Assembly (NCBI GenBank): GCA_016844925.1
Contig: JAERTI010000043.1
Location: 133,110-197,109, forward strand
DNA from: Candidatus Uhrbacteria bacterium
GTDB lineage: Bacteria > Patescibacteriota > Patescibacteriia > UBA9934 > GWF2-40-263
Direction: 5' to 3'
Length of the DNA: 64,000 nt
Shown: piece after piece, positions 28,358 to 38,005 of the stretch
Position numbering within the stretch: position 1 is the first letter of the stretch
Layout of the letters: the number at the start of each line of letters is the position of its first letter
The notes under the pieces: model-generated
The model's input: the letters and a program-made list of their open reading frames with translations, nothing else
Told to the model about the DNA's origin: nothing
The model's database searches: none
Position numbers and translations under genes: made by a program

Positions 28358-29269
28358 CTAAGTCTGGGGCGAGAGCCTCTTTCCTAGGAGGTATCCAAGG
28401 AGCGCTCCTGGAAGAAGGGTCATGAGTGCCGGGACCGGCTGAGACGAAAGAAGCAGGATGGCCTCTGTGGCGACCCAGCCAAGGCTGATGCCGGCAAGGG
28501 TCGCTCCGACCACGTAGGTTCGTCTGGTTCCGCTCGGTGTCTGAAAGGCGAGGAGCATCCAGAAGCCGGGGAAGATGATGTCACCTAGCCCGATCATGGC
28601 AGAGGGTTCTGCCGTCAGGTTGAGTGAGCTTGGGACGGTGATGATCATGCTGTTGGTCGTGGGCTGTGCGGTCAGTTGTTCCGCGAGGTCGACCATGTAC
28701 CCCGTGCCGTAGACGTTGATCACGTCGTAGAAGAAGAAGCCAACAGAGAGGAAGAGCAGAACCCGGAAGGGGATCTTGCTGTACTGAATCAGGACAGAGC
28801 TCAGCATGAGGGTGGCCGCCAGTGCGCTGATGGGCCAGACCTCTGGAAGTAGCACGTGCAAAGCAGTAATGACCGTTGCTGCAGCGGTGCCCGCAACAGC
28901 TTGTGCGATAGACCCTTTGCTATTGAGCACATAGGCGAGGAGGTAGGTGATCAAGAACCATTCCAACGTGACCATGAAGGCCGTGATGAGTCCTTGCCAT
29001 CTAACCAAGAGGAAGGTGAGTCCTGCGAGCACGGCCGTCATGGCTATGGCTACGCATACAGCTCCGAGTGTCACCTGTGCGGACGGAGATGTTGTGGCGA
29101 TCTGGCGTGCTACGCGGTTTCCCCGGGGATGGATTAGTGCCCTCCAGAGGTGCACCCAGTCAACACGGGTTGCTGGATGAACGAGATTTGACTGTGCCAG
29201 GGTGCCCAGGCACAGGTAGTAGATGGGTACGAGAACCAGGGTCAGTAGCAAGCTGGGGACAATCGACAC
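28358..29269 (-). CDS. Presenilin/signal-peptide-peptidase family intramembrane aspartyl protease
   Basis: YD, IGLGD and PAL motifs in TM context; AAGGAGG SD before GTG. Confidence 0.88.
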   Translation of the reverse strand: MSIVPSLLLTLVLVPIYYLCLGTLAQSNLVHPATRVDWVHLWRALIHPRGNRVARQIATTSPSAQVTLGAVCVAIAMTAVLAGLTFLLVRWQGLITAFMVTLEWFLITYLLAYVLNSKGSIAQAVAGTAAATVITALHVLLPEVWPISALAATLMLSSVLIQYSKIPFRVLLFLSVGFFFYDVINVYGTGYMVDLAEQLTAQPTTNSMIITVPSSLNLTAEPSAMIGLGDIIFPGFWMLLAFQTPSGTRRTYVVGATLAGISLGWVATEAILLLSSQPVPALMTLLPGALLGYLLGKRLSPQT

Positions 29270-29388
29270 GGCTCACCTCCTTCGAAGCGCAGCCTGACCG
29301 TAGTGTGTTGGAGGAGAGTTGTCAAAAAGCGGCTTGTTTTGTGGGTGATCGATGGTTGTGCTACGGTCGCCTTCCAGGAGGAACGGCC

Positions 29389-30180
29389 ATGATGCTTGTT
29401 CAAGGATTGCGCGTGTATCCCATCAAGGGGTGCCGTGGCGTCAATGTGACGCAGTTGCAGATCGGGCCCAGTGGCCCCGCGCTTGACCGGCAGTGGATGT
29501 TGGTTGAGCCAAACGGTCGACGTGTGAGTCAGCGGCGCTTTCCGCAGCTGACGCAGGTGCATGTACGGATCGAGGATCCCAGACGCATCCTGATTCATCG
29601 CGCGGGTTCGCGCGGAAGGGTGCGGATTCATACGAACGCCCGTGGTCCGAGCTGTGAGGCTCGGATGCCGGGGGTGAGCGTGGATGCAGAAGACCTTGGC
29701 GATGATGTGGCGAACTGGTTCTCGGACATCGTTGGTCGCCCTGTGCGGCTCGTTCGCAAGGGGAAGCGAGCGCGCTACTCGCCTGGTGGTGAGGTGCACG
29801 GTGGACTCACGGAGCTTCGGTTCGCTGATGTGTACCCACTGCTAGTGGCAGCGCTGGAGTCGCTCGCATGGCTGAACACCTTTCTGGTCATGCCGGCGTT
29901 CATGGATCAGTTCCGTCCCAACATCATCCTCACGGGCGGCATGCCGTTTGATGAGGATCGACTGAAGCAGTTCCAGATCGGTGGGGTGCGCCTTGCTGGC
30001 GGGAGCCTGTGTCACCGCTGCGGGGTCGTGAATGTTGATCAGCTGACGGGTCAGAAGAATCCGGAAGTGCTGGAGCTGCTTTGCCAGGTCCGCATGATCG
30101 GAGGGAAGCCCCGGTTCGGTCTCAACGTTGACCATCTTTCTACCGGCACCATCGCCGTGGGCCAGGAGCTGCAGACATGA
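29389..30180 (+). CDS. MOSC-domain protein
   Basis: YPIKGC, DRQWMLV, FAD.YP, FRPNI, CHRC; start re-placed at ATG after AGGAGG. Confidence 0.9.
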   Translation: MMLVQGLRVYPIKGCRGVNVTQLQIGPSGPALDRQWMLVEPNGRRVSQRRFPQLTQVHVRIEDPRRILIHRAGSRGRVRIHTNARGPSCEARMPGVSVDAEDLGDDVANWFSDIVGRPVRLVRKGKRARYSPGGEVHGGLTELRFADVYPLLVAALESLAWLNTFLVMPAFMDQFRPNIILTGGMPFDEDRLKQFQIGGVRLAGGSLCHRCGVVNVDQLTGQKNPEVLELLCQVRMIGGKPRFGLNVDHLSTGTIAVGQELQT

Positions 30181-30488
30181 AAGAGGCATTCAAGGAGATC
30201 CTCGAGCAGATTGCCAAGCGGTGCGCTCGTCATGAGACGCTGACGGGTAGGCTCACGCTGGGTCTCTCGCTCCTCATCGGCGTCATCGGCTTCCCGCTCC
30301 AGATCTACAAGAACTGGGTGGAGCAATCCTGCGGCATCGACGTCTGGATCATCGTCTTCGCCGTGCTGATGTACATCGTCCGCATTCCGTACCTTAGCGG
30401 CAAGCGCGCCTGGTACCTGATCCCCACGGAGTTCATCGGACTCCTCTCAACATCCATCCTGCTGTGGCAGTGGTGGAACTACACGTGA
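30177..30488 (+). CDS. Small 3-TM protein (SemiSWEET/PQ-loop-like)
   Basis: FPLQIYKN after first TM, three hydrophobic helices; ATGA overlap. Confidence 0.55.
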   Translation: MKEAFKEILEQIAKRCARHETLTGRLTLGLSLLIGVIGFPLQIYKNWVEQSCGIDVWIIVFAVLMYIVRIPYLSGKRAWYLIPTEFIGLLSTSILLWQWWNYT

Positions 30489-30552
30489 TCACACCTTCGA
30501 GTGTGATTTTTCTTTTGCCTTCAAATAAAAATCCCTGTCGTGAGTGACAGGG

Positions 30553-31377
30553 TTACGCGAGCCTGCGGAGCATCGCGATGCGTTCGTTGACCGAGGGGTG
30601 CGTTCGCAGTGGGCCGTTGCGGTCGCGAGCGAACGGCTTGCGGCCGTGTGCTTCGTCGATGTACGTGTGTTCACGCAGCAGGGAGGTGAGCAGGGCGCAG
30701 AAGGCATCGACATCTCCATTCAATGCCACGATGAACGCGTCGGCGCAGCGTTCGTTCTCCCGCTGGCTCATGACGAAGAGCCATTCGAAGGGGAGGAACA
30801 GACCCCTGAGGACACCCGCCACCAGACGACCAGCTCGCCCGTACTTGTGCGGGAGCGCGAGGATCTTCAGAAAGAATTTGGTGGGCATCATGACCCACTG
30901 CAGGGACCAGTTGTTTGGGCAGTAGTGGTGCCCGAGCTCGTGGGCGATGACCGTAGCGGCCTGCGCCTCGTCCACCAGCGACAGCAGGGATTCTGAGACG
31001 AGGATCTGAATGCCGTTGCCGTTGCTGTTGATGATTGCGGCCGTGGGCCGCGGTCTGCTGAAGACTTCGAAGCGGATGTCTTCCGGGGCGTGTGTCAGAT
31101 CCAAACGCGTGAGGACGTCTTGGAATCGCTCAGCTTCTTCTTCTGTTGGTTCGCGAGTGCGGACCAGCTTGAGTGCCTGCCGCTGAATCAGGGCGAGGGC
31201 TCCTTGCGGGATCACGATCAGGAGCATGATTCCGAGGATCATCCCCGGGAGACCCAGAAGGATGCTGGCCAGACCAATGAGGGTCAGGTAGCTCAGCCCC
31301 AGCATCAACGAAAGGACAATGGAGTTCCGTCCATGGCGTCGCCAGGCACGAAAGGCCCGGTGTTGTCTGTTATTCAA
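30553..31377 (-). CDS. M48 (HtpX-like) zinc metalloprotease
   Basis: AHELGH, ENERCAD, THPS..ERI; TTG start after GGAGG. Confidence 0.88.
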   Translation of the reverse strand: MNNRQHRAFRAWRRHGRNSIVLSLMLGLSYLTLIGLASILLGLPGMILGIMLLIVIPQGALALIQRQALKLVRTREPTEEEAERFQDVLTRLDLTHAPEDIRFEVFSRPRPTAAIINSNGNGIQILVSESLLSLVDEAQAATVIAHELGHHYCPNNWSLQWVMMPTKFFLKILALPHKYGRAGRLVAGVLRGLFLPFEWLFVMSQRENERCADAFIVALNGDVDAFCALLTSLLREHTYIDEAHGRKPFARDRNGPLRTHPSVNERIAMLRRLA

Positions 31378-31511
31378 AGCGTACCTCCAGATTTCGATCC
31401 TATGAGGTTGAGAGTTTTCCGTCAATGAAACAGAGGGTGGTTTTGTTTGACAGAAGACGTGAGATCCCGTTAACTCCCAGCGCCTTGATTGCTTACCGGA
31501 GGTACAGGCAA

Positions 31512-32969
31512 GTGAATACCAGGACCTTGACATTCGACGCCGAGGGCGTCCCAATCCACCCACGGGCCTATCGGTTCAGGCGGTTCCTCAACTGGTTCCC
31601 GTTGGGGCTCGGCTACGCCAGCCTCATGTTCATGCGCTACAGCCTGAACCCAGCCAAGAGTGCGTTGGGTGACCAGCTGATGGACATCAAGGAGTTCGGC
31701 TTCATCTTCGGGATGGGCGCGTTCTTCTACTTCATCGGCTTCATGGTCAACGGCCCGCTGGTCGACCGCAAGGGCGGCCGCTGGGGCATGATCACCGGCG
31801 TCGGTGGGGCCATGACGGCCAACCTGCTGATGGCGCTGTGCATCTACGGCGTGATGGTCCTAGGCTGGACCCTGCCGCTGTTCTGGGCGCTGCTGATCCT
31901 CTACTCGATCAACATGTTCTTCCAGTCGCTGGGGGCCATGTCCATCGTGACTACCAAGATGCCGTGGTTCCACGTGCGAGAGCGCGGGACCTTCGGCACC
32001 ATCTTCGGCATCATGATCTCGCTGGGCATCTACTTCGCCTTCGATTGGGGCTACGCGATCCGGTCGGCCACCCGTGCGGTGGTCGATGTCGGTGAGCTCT
32101 CCATGACCGAGCGTGTTTTCCAGTGGCTGCTGCAGTCGGGCAACACGGGTGTCGACCAGAACTGGTGGATGTTCCTGTTCCCTGCGCTGTTCGCCGTCCC
32201 CTGGCTGGTGCTGATGATCGCGTTCCTGCGCAACAGGCCCAGTGACACGCTGAAGTTCAAGGACTTCGAGACCGGTGACCAGCAGGTCGCTGAGCGCACG
32301 CTCACGCTCCGCGAGATGTTCGACAAGATCTTCAATGATCCCCAGCATCGCGTGCTGTTGATCATCTGCGCGATCGAGTTCTGCTCGGGCGTGGTGCGCA
32401 ACGGCGTGTTCCAGTACTACCCGCAGTTCGCGCAGTCCGTGGGTTTCTACAAGGACTTCTTCCTGACGGCCAACTGGGGCCTGTGCCTGATGATCTGCGG
32501 CATCACCGGTGGCTTGCTCACCGGCTGGATCTCGGACAAGTTCTTCGGCTCCCGCCGCGGACCCATGGTGATGTTCCTCTACGGGTTCATGACCGTGGCC
32601 ATGATCATGATCCTGATCTCGCTCACGTCCAACGCGCCGGGCGCGGGAGCGATGATGACCGGCATCGGCGTGCTGATCATCGCCACGAGCATCATCGGTG
32701 TTCACGGGATCCTCTCGGGAACCGCCGCTGGCGACTTCTCCGGCACGAAGAACACGGGCAAGGCCGTGGGCATCGTCGACGGAGCCGTCTACGTCGGCAC
32801 CGGCATCCACTCCGTCGTCATGGGCTTCTTCCTGAGCACGGGAGAGGCGGCCTCGGATCCGGCAGCCTGGTACGCCTGGCCGGTGGTCATCATTCCCTTC
32901 GTGGTGATCGGCGCGGTGCTCTCGCTCAAGATCTACCACGCCTTCCCCAAGTCAGGAGGCGGCCACTGA
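31512..32969 (+). CDS. MFS transporter, organophosphate:Pi antiporter (GlpT/UhpC-like)
   Basis: About 12 TM; GPLVDRKGGR, WFHVRERG, GWISDKFFGSRRGP, G.AVGIVDG; GTG start after GGAGG. Confidence 0.85.
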   Translation: MNTRTLTFDAEGVPIHPRAYRFRRFLNWFPLGLGYASLMFMRYSLNPAKSALGDQLMDIKEFGFIFGMGAFFYFIGFMVNGPLVDRKGGRWGMITGVGGAMTANLLMALCIYGVMVLGWTLPLFWALLILYSINMFFQSLGAMSIVTTKMPWFHVRERGTFGTIFGIMISLGIYFAFDWGYAIRSATRAVVDVGELSMTERVFQWLLQSGNTGVDQNWWMFLFPALFAVPWLVLMIAFLRNRPSDTLKFKDFETGDQQVAERTLTLREMFDKIFNDPQHRVLLIICAIEFCSGVVRNGVFQYYPQFAQSVGFYKDFFLTANWGLCLMICGITGGLLTGWISDKFFGSRRGPMVMFLYGFMTVAMIMILISLTSNAPGAGAMMTGIGVLIIATSIIGVHGILSGTAAGDFSGTKNTGKAVGIVDGAVYVGTGIHSVVMGFFLSTGEAASDPAAWYAWPVVIIPFVVIGAVLSLKIYHAFPKSGGGH

Positions 32970-33061
32970 GGGAGTGGCACACGGCAGGGTTACACCCCTG
33001 CGGAGTCTCAAGCGAGACTCCTTTTTTGTTGTCATTAAGGGGATTGGGTGCGTTGAATCCC

Positions 33062-33089
33062 TTGACAAACAGGCTCAATTGCGTACACT
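33062..33089 (+). promoter_or_regulatory. Sigma70-type promoter
   Basis: TTGACA-16 nt-TACACT. Confidence 0.6.
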
Positions 33090-33157
33090 CGCGGCGCATG
33101 CGAGCGGGAATCCAGCAGTGAGGTTGGCCTGTAGAGTATGTGCAAAAAGGAAGAGAA

Positions 33158-35113
33158 ATGCGTGCGCGCATGAGTGTTGTGTCTCTGGTGCTTCTTGGTG
33201 CCTGCAGTGGGAAGGGAGACTGCCCCGCTGGCTTGGGTCACTGTGACACCGGAGCGGTCGTGAATCCGCCTACGGATGTCGATGGAGATGGCTACACCTT
33301 CGTCGATGACTGCGACGACAACAACCCGGATGTGAACCCCGGGGCGACCGAAGTCGAGTGCAACGACATCGACGACGACTGCTTCGAGGGAACGCCCGAC
33401 CACCTCGATGCTGATCGAGACGGGTACAACACCTGTGAGGATCTCGACATGTTCCCCAAGGGGGGTGACTGCGACGACGGTGACGATAGCGTCTACCTCG
33501 GCGCCGAAGAGCTCTGTGACGGTGTCGACAACAACTGTGACGGCGATGTGGACGAAGGAGGTCCCTGGTACCCCGATGCCGACGGTGATCGCTACGGCGA
33601 TGGCACGCAGGCTTCGGCCAGTACTTGCGACAGCTCGACGGCCAGCTACGCCTCCGGTGGGACCGACTGCGATGACAGCGACCCGGACACCTATCCGGGT
33701 GCGGCCAAGCAGGACAGCACCACCGCGTGCATGACCGATATCGATGGAGACGACTACGGCAGCGATGCGCCCGCCAGTGGGGTGACTGCCGGCACGGACT
33801 GCAACGACGACAACGAGAACACGAACATCGCCAGCGGCTACAACGAGTCGGACCCCGGTGCCTGCATGAAGGACACGGACTTCGATGGCTACGGCGACTC
33901 GGGCTCGGGAGAGGGTGTCACCGCCGGCACCGACTGTCAGGACTACGACGAAGACATCCACCCGGGTGCCTACGACGAGTGCTTCGACGGTGTCGACAGC
34001 GACTGCGACGGCATGGACGAGGAGGACTGCGAGTGTCCCGGCGAGCTCATTGGCTCCTGGAACACGGACAGTGAAACCGAGGGCATCGAGTGGTGGATCT
34101 CAGACAACGGCGTGTGCGCCTGGATGGTGGACCGCTGGGACTACTGGGGCAACTATCACGACACCGATGAGATCGACTACGACCGCAACGTCGAGGACCT
34201 GAGCTTCCAGCTCTCCTTGGTGGGCTTCCTCTCCGAGGATCTGACCATCGCGGTCGGGAGCTGGGATGTCGATGGCGTGGCGTTCACCGAAGGTGGCACC
34301 ATGTACATCGCCAACACGGTCGATGAGTCCGTGACCCCCACGCCCGACCATGACGTCCGCGGCGGCGCGGCCGTTGCCTACCACGACTCCAGTACGGGCG
34401 TGGTCGAGGTGCTCCTCTACGCCGAGTACGAGTCCTACGACCCCACGGCCTACCTGGTGGGAACCTTCGTGGATGCCGCGACGCTCTCGCTCGCGGTCGC
34501 CGATGGGGACCTGCTCTACGGGGCGGGCAACAGCGGCTTCGATGGCAACTGCGGGACCTGGACGGATCTGAGTGGCTCCATGAACTGGACGCTCTCGGGT
34601 TCCTACAGCGAGTCCAACTGGTGTCCGGCAACCACCTACTGGTGTGAGACGGCTGCTGGCTACGAAGGCGACGTACTCGGTCTGGGTACTGGTCAGTGGG
34701 AATGTCCCGAGGGCGCAGCCCAGGGCAAGGCCTACGTGAGTGAGCACGGGTCGCGCTACGTGCGCGGCACCACCCCCGGCTACCAGTGGATGGATCCGGC
34801 GGTGCTGCAGGTGCTCTTCGAGACCTTCGAGCAGGTGCGCGACATGACGCCCGAGCAGCAACGTGCCTGGGCGCGGCTCATGGCCAAGAACATCGACGAT
34901 CCGGCTTCGCGCGAGCTGGCCGTGCTCCAGATGGATGTCGGTGTCCTGCTCTACGACACCAACGAGGACTTCCGCGCGGAGATCGACGCGCTCTACCTCG
35001 ATGGCGTGAGCAGTGACTACACGGACGAGAGTCTCTACTTCCGTCTGCTCCGCACGCTCTTCAAGTACAACCTCCCCCGCAAGAAGGTGGCAGGCCCCCC
35101 GCCCGCCAACTAG
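33158..35113 (+). CDS. Lipoprotein with DxDGDG/DCDD putative metal-binding (MopE-like) repeats
   Basis: LLGAC lipobox; repeats D.DGDG(Y)..DCDD....PGA.E.CDG.D..CDG. Confidence 0.85.
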   Translation: MRARMSVVSLVLLGACSGKGDCPAGLGHCDTGAVVNPPTDVDGDGYTFVDDCDDNNPDVNPGATEVECNDIDDDCFEGTPDHLDADRDGYNTCEDLDMFPKGGDCDDGDDSVYLGAEELCDGVDNNCDGDVDEGGPWYPDADGDRYGDGTQASASTCDSSTASYASGGTDCDDSDPDTYPGAAKQDSTTACMTDIDGDDYGSDAPASGVTAGTDCNDDNENTNIASGYNESDPGACMKDTDFDGYGDSGSGEGVTAGTDCQDYDEDIHPGAYDECFDGVDSDCDGMDEEDCECPGELIGSWNTDSETEGIEWWISDNGVCAWMVDRWDYWGNYHDTDEIDYDRNVEDLSFQLSLVGFLSEDLTIAVGSWDVDGVAFTEGGTMYIANTVDESVTPTPDHDVRGGAAVAYHDSSTGVVEVLLYAEYESYDPTAYLVGTFVDAATLSLAVADGDLLYGAGNSGFDGNCGTWTDLSGSMNWTLSGSYSESNWCPATTYWCETAAGYEGDVLGLGTGQWECPEGAAQGKAYVSEHGSRYVRGTTPGYQWMDPAVLQVLFETFEQVRDMTPEQQRAWARLMAKNIDDPASRELAVLQMDVGVLLYDTNEDFRAEIDALYLDGVSSDYTDESLYFRLLRTLFKYNLPRKKVAGPPPAN

Positions 35114-35293
35114 CGGAACGAGCGCTCCGGCGCTGCCGTGCATACGTGCACGGCTTTTTGATAGACAAAGAAAAAATCCCTCAAGGGCAGCAGGGGTCAG
35201 AGTTTGCCTTGAGCATGGAGTTGTTTCAGGGTTCAGCATTGGGGATAAGCCCGGTCTGTTATCATGGCTCTACAATTCTTAACCTTTGAGTGT

Positions 35294-37168
35294 ATGAACA
35301 CGACGTTTCAATTAAGAGTCACGTTTTTACTTGCCGTATTAGCGGCGTTTTCCGTATTTCTCCCGTCAGTAGTAAATGCGGCATCGATCTCCGTGACCAC
35401 AACCCAAGATGAATTTGTTGTAGACGGAGATTGTTCTTTGCGTGAAGCTATTTACGCAGCAAACACCGATCAAGCCTATGATCAGTGTGCCGCCGGGTCT
35501 GGGGCAGATACGATTCAAGTTCCTGCAGGAACCTACGTCTTGAATCTCGCTCCGCAGGGGCAGGATGATGATATTGGTCAGATTGGGGATTTAGATATTT
35601 ACTCCGACATCGAGATTATTGGTGCAGGTATTGGTGCCACCATCATTGATTCTCAGTTGACCTCCTTTGGTATCGAGACTATTCCCTCGACATCAGCCCG
35701 CCTGCGACTACATAATCTTGAGGCACGTTATGTGAAGAGTCGAGTTCAGGCAGATTATTCTGGGACGACATTCGGAACAATGGAGCTCGACACGGTACAT
35801 TGGAAAGAAGCTGATATTTATTCGCTCGAGCATGCTCAGGTGATGGCGGTGGCAACGTTATTTGAGGGGACTGGTGCAGAAGGAATGTACGTTTCTGGAG
35901 CTCAGGTTCTTTTTGATACGGTGACGGTCCATAACTTTGATCTTGATATGGGTGTGGGTACCGATTCGGCGGGGCTATTAACCATTGATAGTTATCTGGA
36001 TATTTCAGATTCGCTTATTGAAGCAAATGGTGATAGTGGAATTAAGCTGGCACACCAAAATCCGTACAGCTTCTCAGCACGTGCATATCTCCGAGTTCGC
36101 ACGTCAACTATTACAAATAATCAGCACTCTGGAATCTGGAATACGGCCGGTGAGATCATGATAGAAGATACGATATTGAGTTTTAATGGTGACCCTGCAG
36201 GTTGGGGTGGGGGAATTGAGAACCGTGCAGGAGGAAAGGTTCATCTTGTTCGCACACAGGTGATGAATAACATTGCTCGAGAAGGTGGTGGTATCTACAA
36301 CGGTGAGTCACACATGGTGAACGGAGTGTTGGTTACGCCGGAGGTGACTATTGAGGATGGTTCGATTATCGCTTCCAATATCGTGACGAGTAACTCCTTT
36401 GGAGGGGGTCATGGTGGAGGTATTTACAATGAAGGTATGGTGTCCCTGATGGAGTCAACGGTTGCAGATAACATGGCTGAATATTTTGGTGGAGGTATCT
36501 ATAACCGAGTTCCTGACGACATTACTCACTACACTTACTCAGAAGAAAGCCCGTGGGAGATTACTGTGACGACGGTGCTTGATCCGGACATTGATTCTTT
36601 TGTGACGGTCGATCAGTCTACAATCTCAGGAAATGATGCCCTTCGTGGTGGAGCGCTCTATAACTGGAGCCGGGCTTCGTTTGTGAATAGTACGGTGAGT
36701 GGAAACTCAGCGGTTTCCAATAGTGGAGGTATCTATAACTACACTGCTGATGCCCTGACAGACATTGATTTCAGTACGATTACCAGCAACACCGGAGGGC
36801 TCTACAACATGGGATCTGCGTTCAATATTCAAAATAGTATTGTTGCCATGAATAGTGGTGCTGACTGTGCAGGGACACAATCTGGGTGGCAGTCTATGGG
36901 ATCGAATCTTGAGAGTGGAACAAGTTGTAACTTTACGCAGTTTGGTGACTTGCAGAATACAAACCCACAGCTTGGTGCCTTGCAGATGAACGGCGGAAAG
37001 ACCGAGACCCACGCTTTAACGTTTGGTAGTCCGGCGATCGATGCTGTGCAGAACCCCACGATGATTACGTGGGATCAGCGCGGAGAGGTTCGTCCAAAGG
37101 ATGGTAATTACGACGGGTCGCTTGATGAAGATATCGGGGCCTATGAGTATTGGTCTTGGCACGAGTAA
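35294..37168 (+). CDS. CSLREA-domain / choice-of-anchor Q beta-helix surface protein
   Basis: DGDCSLREAI, GGGIYN repeats, NGGKTETHAL..GSPAIDA, DQRG..R, DIGAYE. Confidence 0.9.
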   Translation: MNTTFQLRVTFLLAVLAAFSVFLPSVVNAASISVTTTQDEFVVDGDCSLREAIYAANTDQAYDQCAAGSGADTIQVPAGTYVLNLAPQGQDDDIGQIGDLDIYSDIEIIGAGIGATIIDSQLTSFGIETIPSTSARLRLHNLEARYVKSRVQADYSGTTFGTMELDTVHWKEADIYSLEHAQVMAVATLFEGTGAEGMYVSGAQVLFDTVTVHNFDLDMGVGTDSAGLLTIDSYLDISDSLIEANGDSGIKLAHQNPYSFSARAYLRVRTSTITNNQHSGIWNTAGEIMIEDTILSFNGDPAGWGGGIENRAGGKVHLVRTQVMNNIAREGGGIYNGESHMVNGVLVTPEVTIEDGSIIASNIVTSNSFGGGHGGGIYNEGMVSLMESTVADNMAEYFGGGIYNRVPDDITHYTYSEESPWEITVTTVLDPDIDSFVTVDQSTISGNDALRGGALYNWSRASFVNSTVSGNSAVSNSGGIYNYTADALTDIDFSTITSNTGGLYNMGSAFNIQNSIVAMNSGADCAGTQSGWQSMGSNLESGTSCNFTQFGDLQNTNPQLGALQMNGGKTETHALTFGSPAIDAVQNPTMITWDQRGEVRPKDGNYDGSLDEDIGAYEYWSWHE

Positions 37169-37257
37169 CTGATCGAGCAAAAAAGAAGGTCACAAGACCT
37201 TCTTTTTTCGTAAGAAAAATCCCGAGCAAGAAGCTCGGGGGAGGGGTGGCCGTGAGG

Positions 37258-37890
37258 CTACTGCGTCGGGTACAGGCGGTCGCCGGCGTCGCCCAGGCCC
37301 GGGACGATGTAGGCGTCCTCGTTGAGCACTTCGTCCACGGCGCCGATGACGATGTCGACGTCCGGGTGCTCGCGCTCCATGCGGGCGATGCCCTGGGTGC
37401 AGCCGAGAACACCCACGAAGACGATGCGACCCGCGCCGCGGTCCTTGAGGTGCTGCACGGCGAAGCTGGCGCTGCCGGCGGTGGCCAGCATGGGATCGAG
37501 CACGAAGCAGGTGCCGATGGGGAACATGATCGGGGTGGGGACCTTGGAGTCCGTGAAGATCGGTCCAAAGGGTGGCTCGTGGGAGCGGCTCATGGACAGG
37601 TGCCAGATCAGTGCCTCGGGCAGGTAGGCCAGGAACGCATCGAGCATGCCGTGGCCAGCGCGCATGACGGGGACCAGGGCGTGCTGCTCGTTGATGATCG
37701 GGCAGTCGGTCTGAGCCAGTGGCGTGGTGACGAGTCTGCTGGTCGTCGGGAGGCCGGCGGTGGCCTCCGTGGCCAGCACCAGGCTCAGGCGGTGGAGCTG
37801 CGCGCGGAATTCGGCAACACCGGTACGCTTGTCGCGCAGACGCGCAACAGCATCCTGTGCGATGGCGTGAGAGAGGATGGTGACAGACAT
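37258..37890 (-). CDS. upp: Uracil phosphoribosyltransferase
   Basis: LRDK..EFR, VPVMRAG, LDPMLATAGS, YIVPGLGDAGDRLY. Confidence 0.95.
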   Translation of the reverse strand: MSVTILSHAIAQDAVARLRDKRTGVAEFRAQLHRLSLVLATEATAGLPTTSRLVTTPLAQTDCPIINEQHALVPVMRAGHGMLDAFLAYLPEALIWHLSMSRSHEPPFGPIFTDSKVPTPIMFPIGTCFVLDPMLATAGSASFAVQHLKDRGAGRIVFVGVLGCTQGIARMEREHPDVDIVIGAVDEVLNEDAYIVPGLGDAGDRLYPTQ

Positions 37891-38005
37891 GGTTCTTACC
37901 TCCGTGTGAAACCGTGGCAACTCTAGGGGCCATCGTGCTGGCTGTCAACCAGAAGACAGGAGAGTCTCGTGGTAAACTACCGCCGTTAATCTGTGATTGA
38001 TTGGT

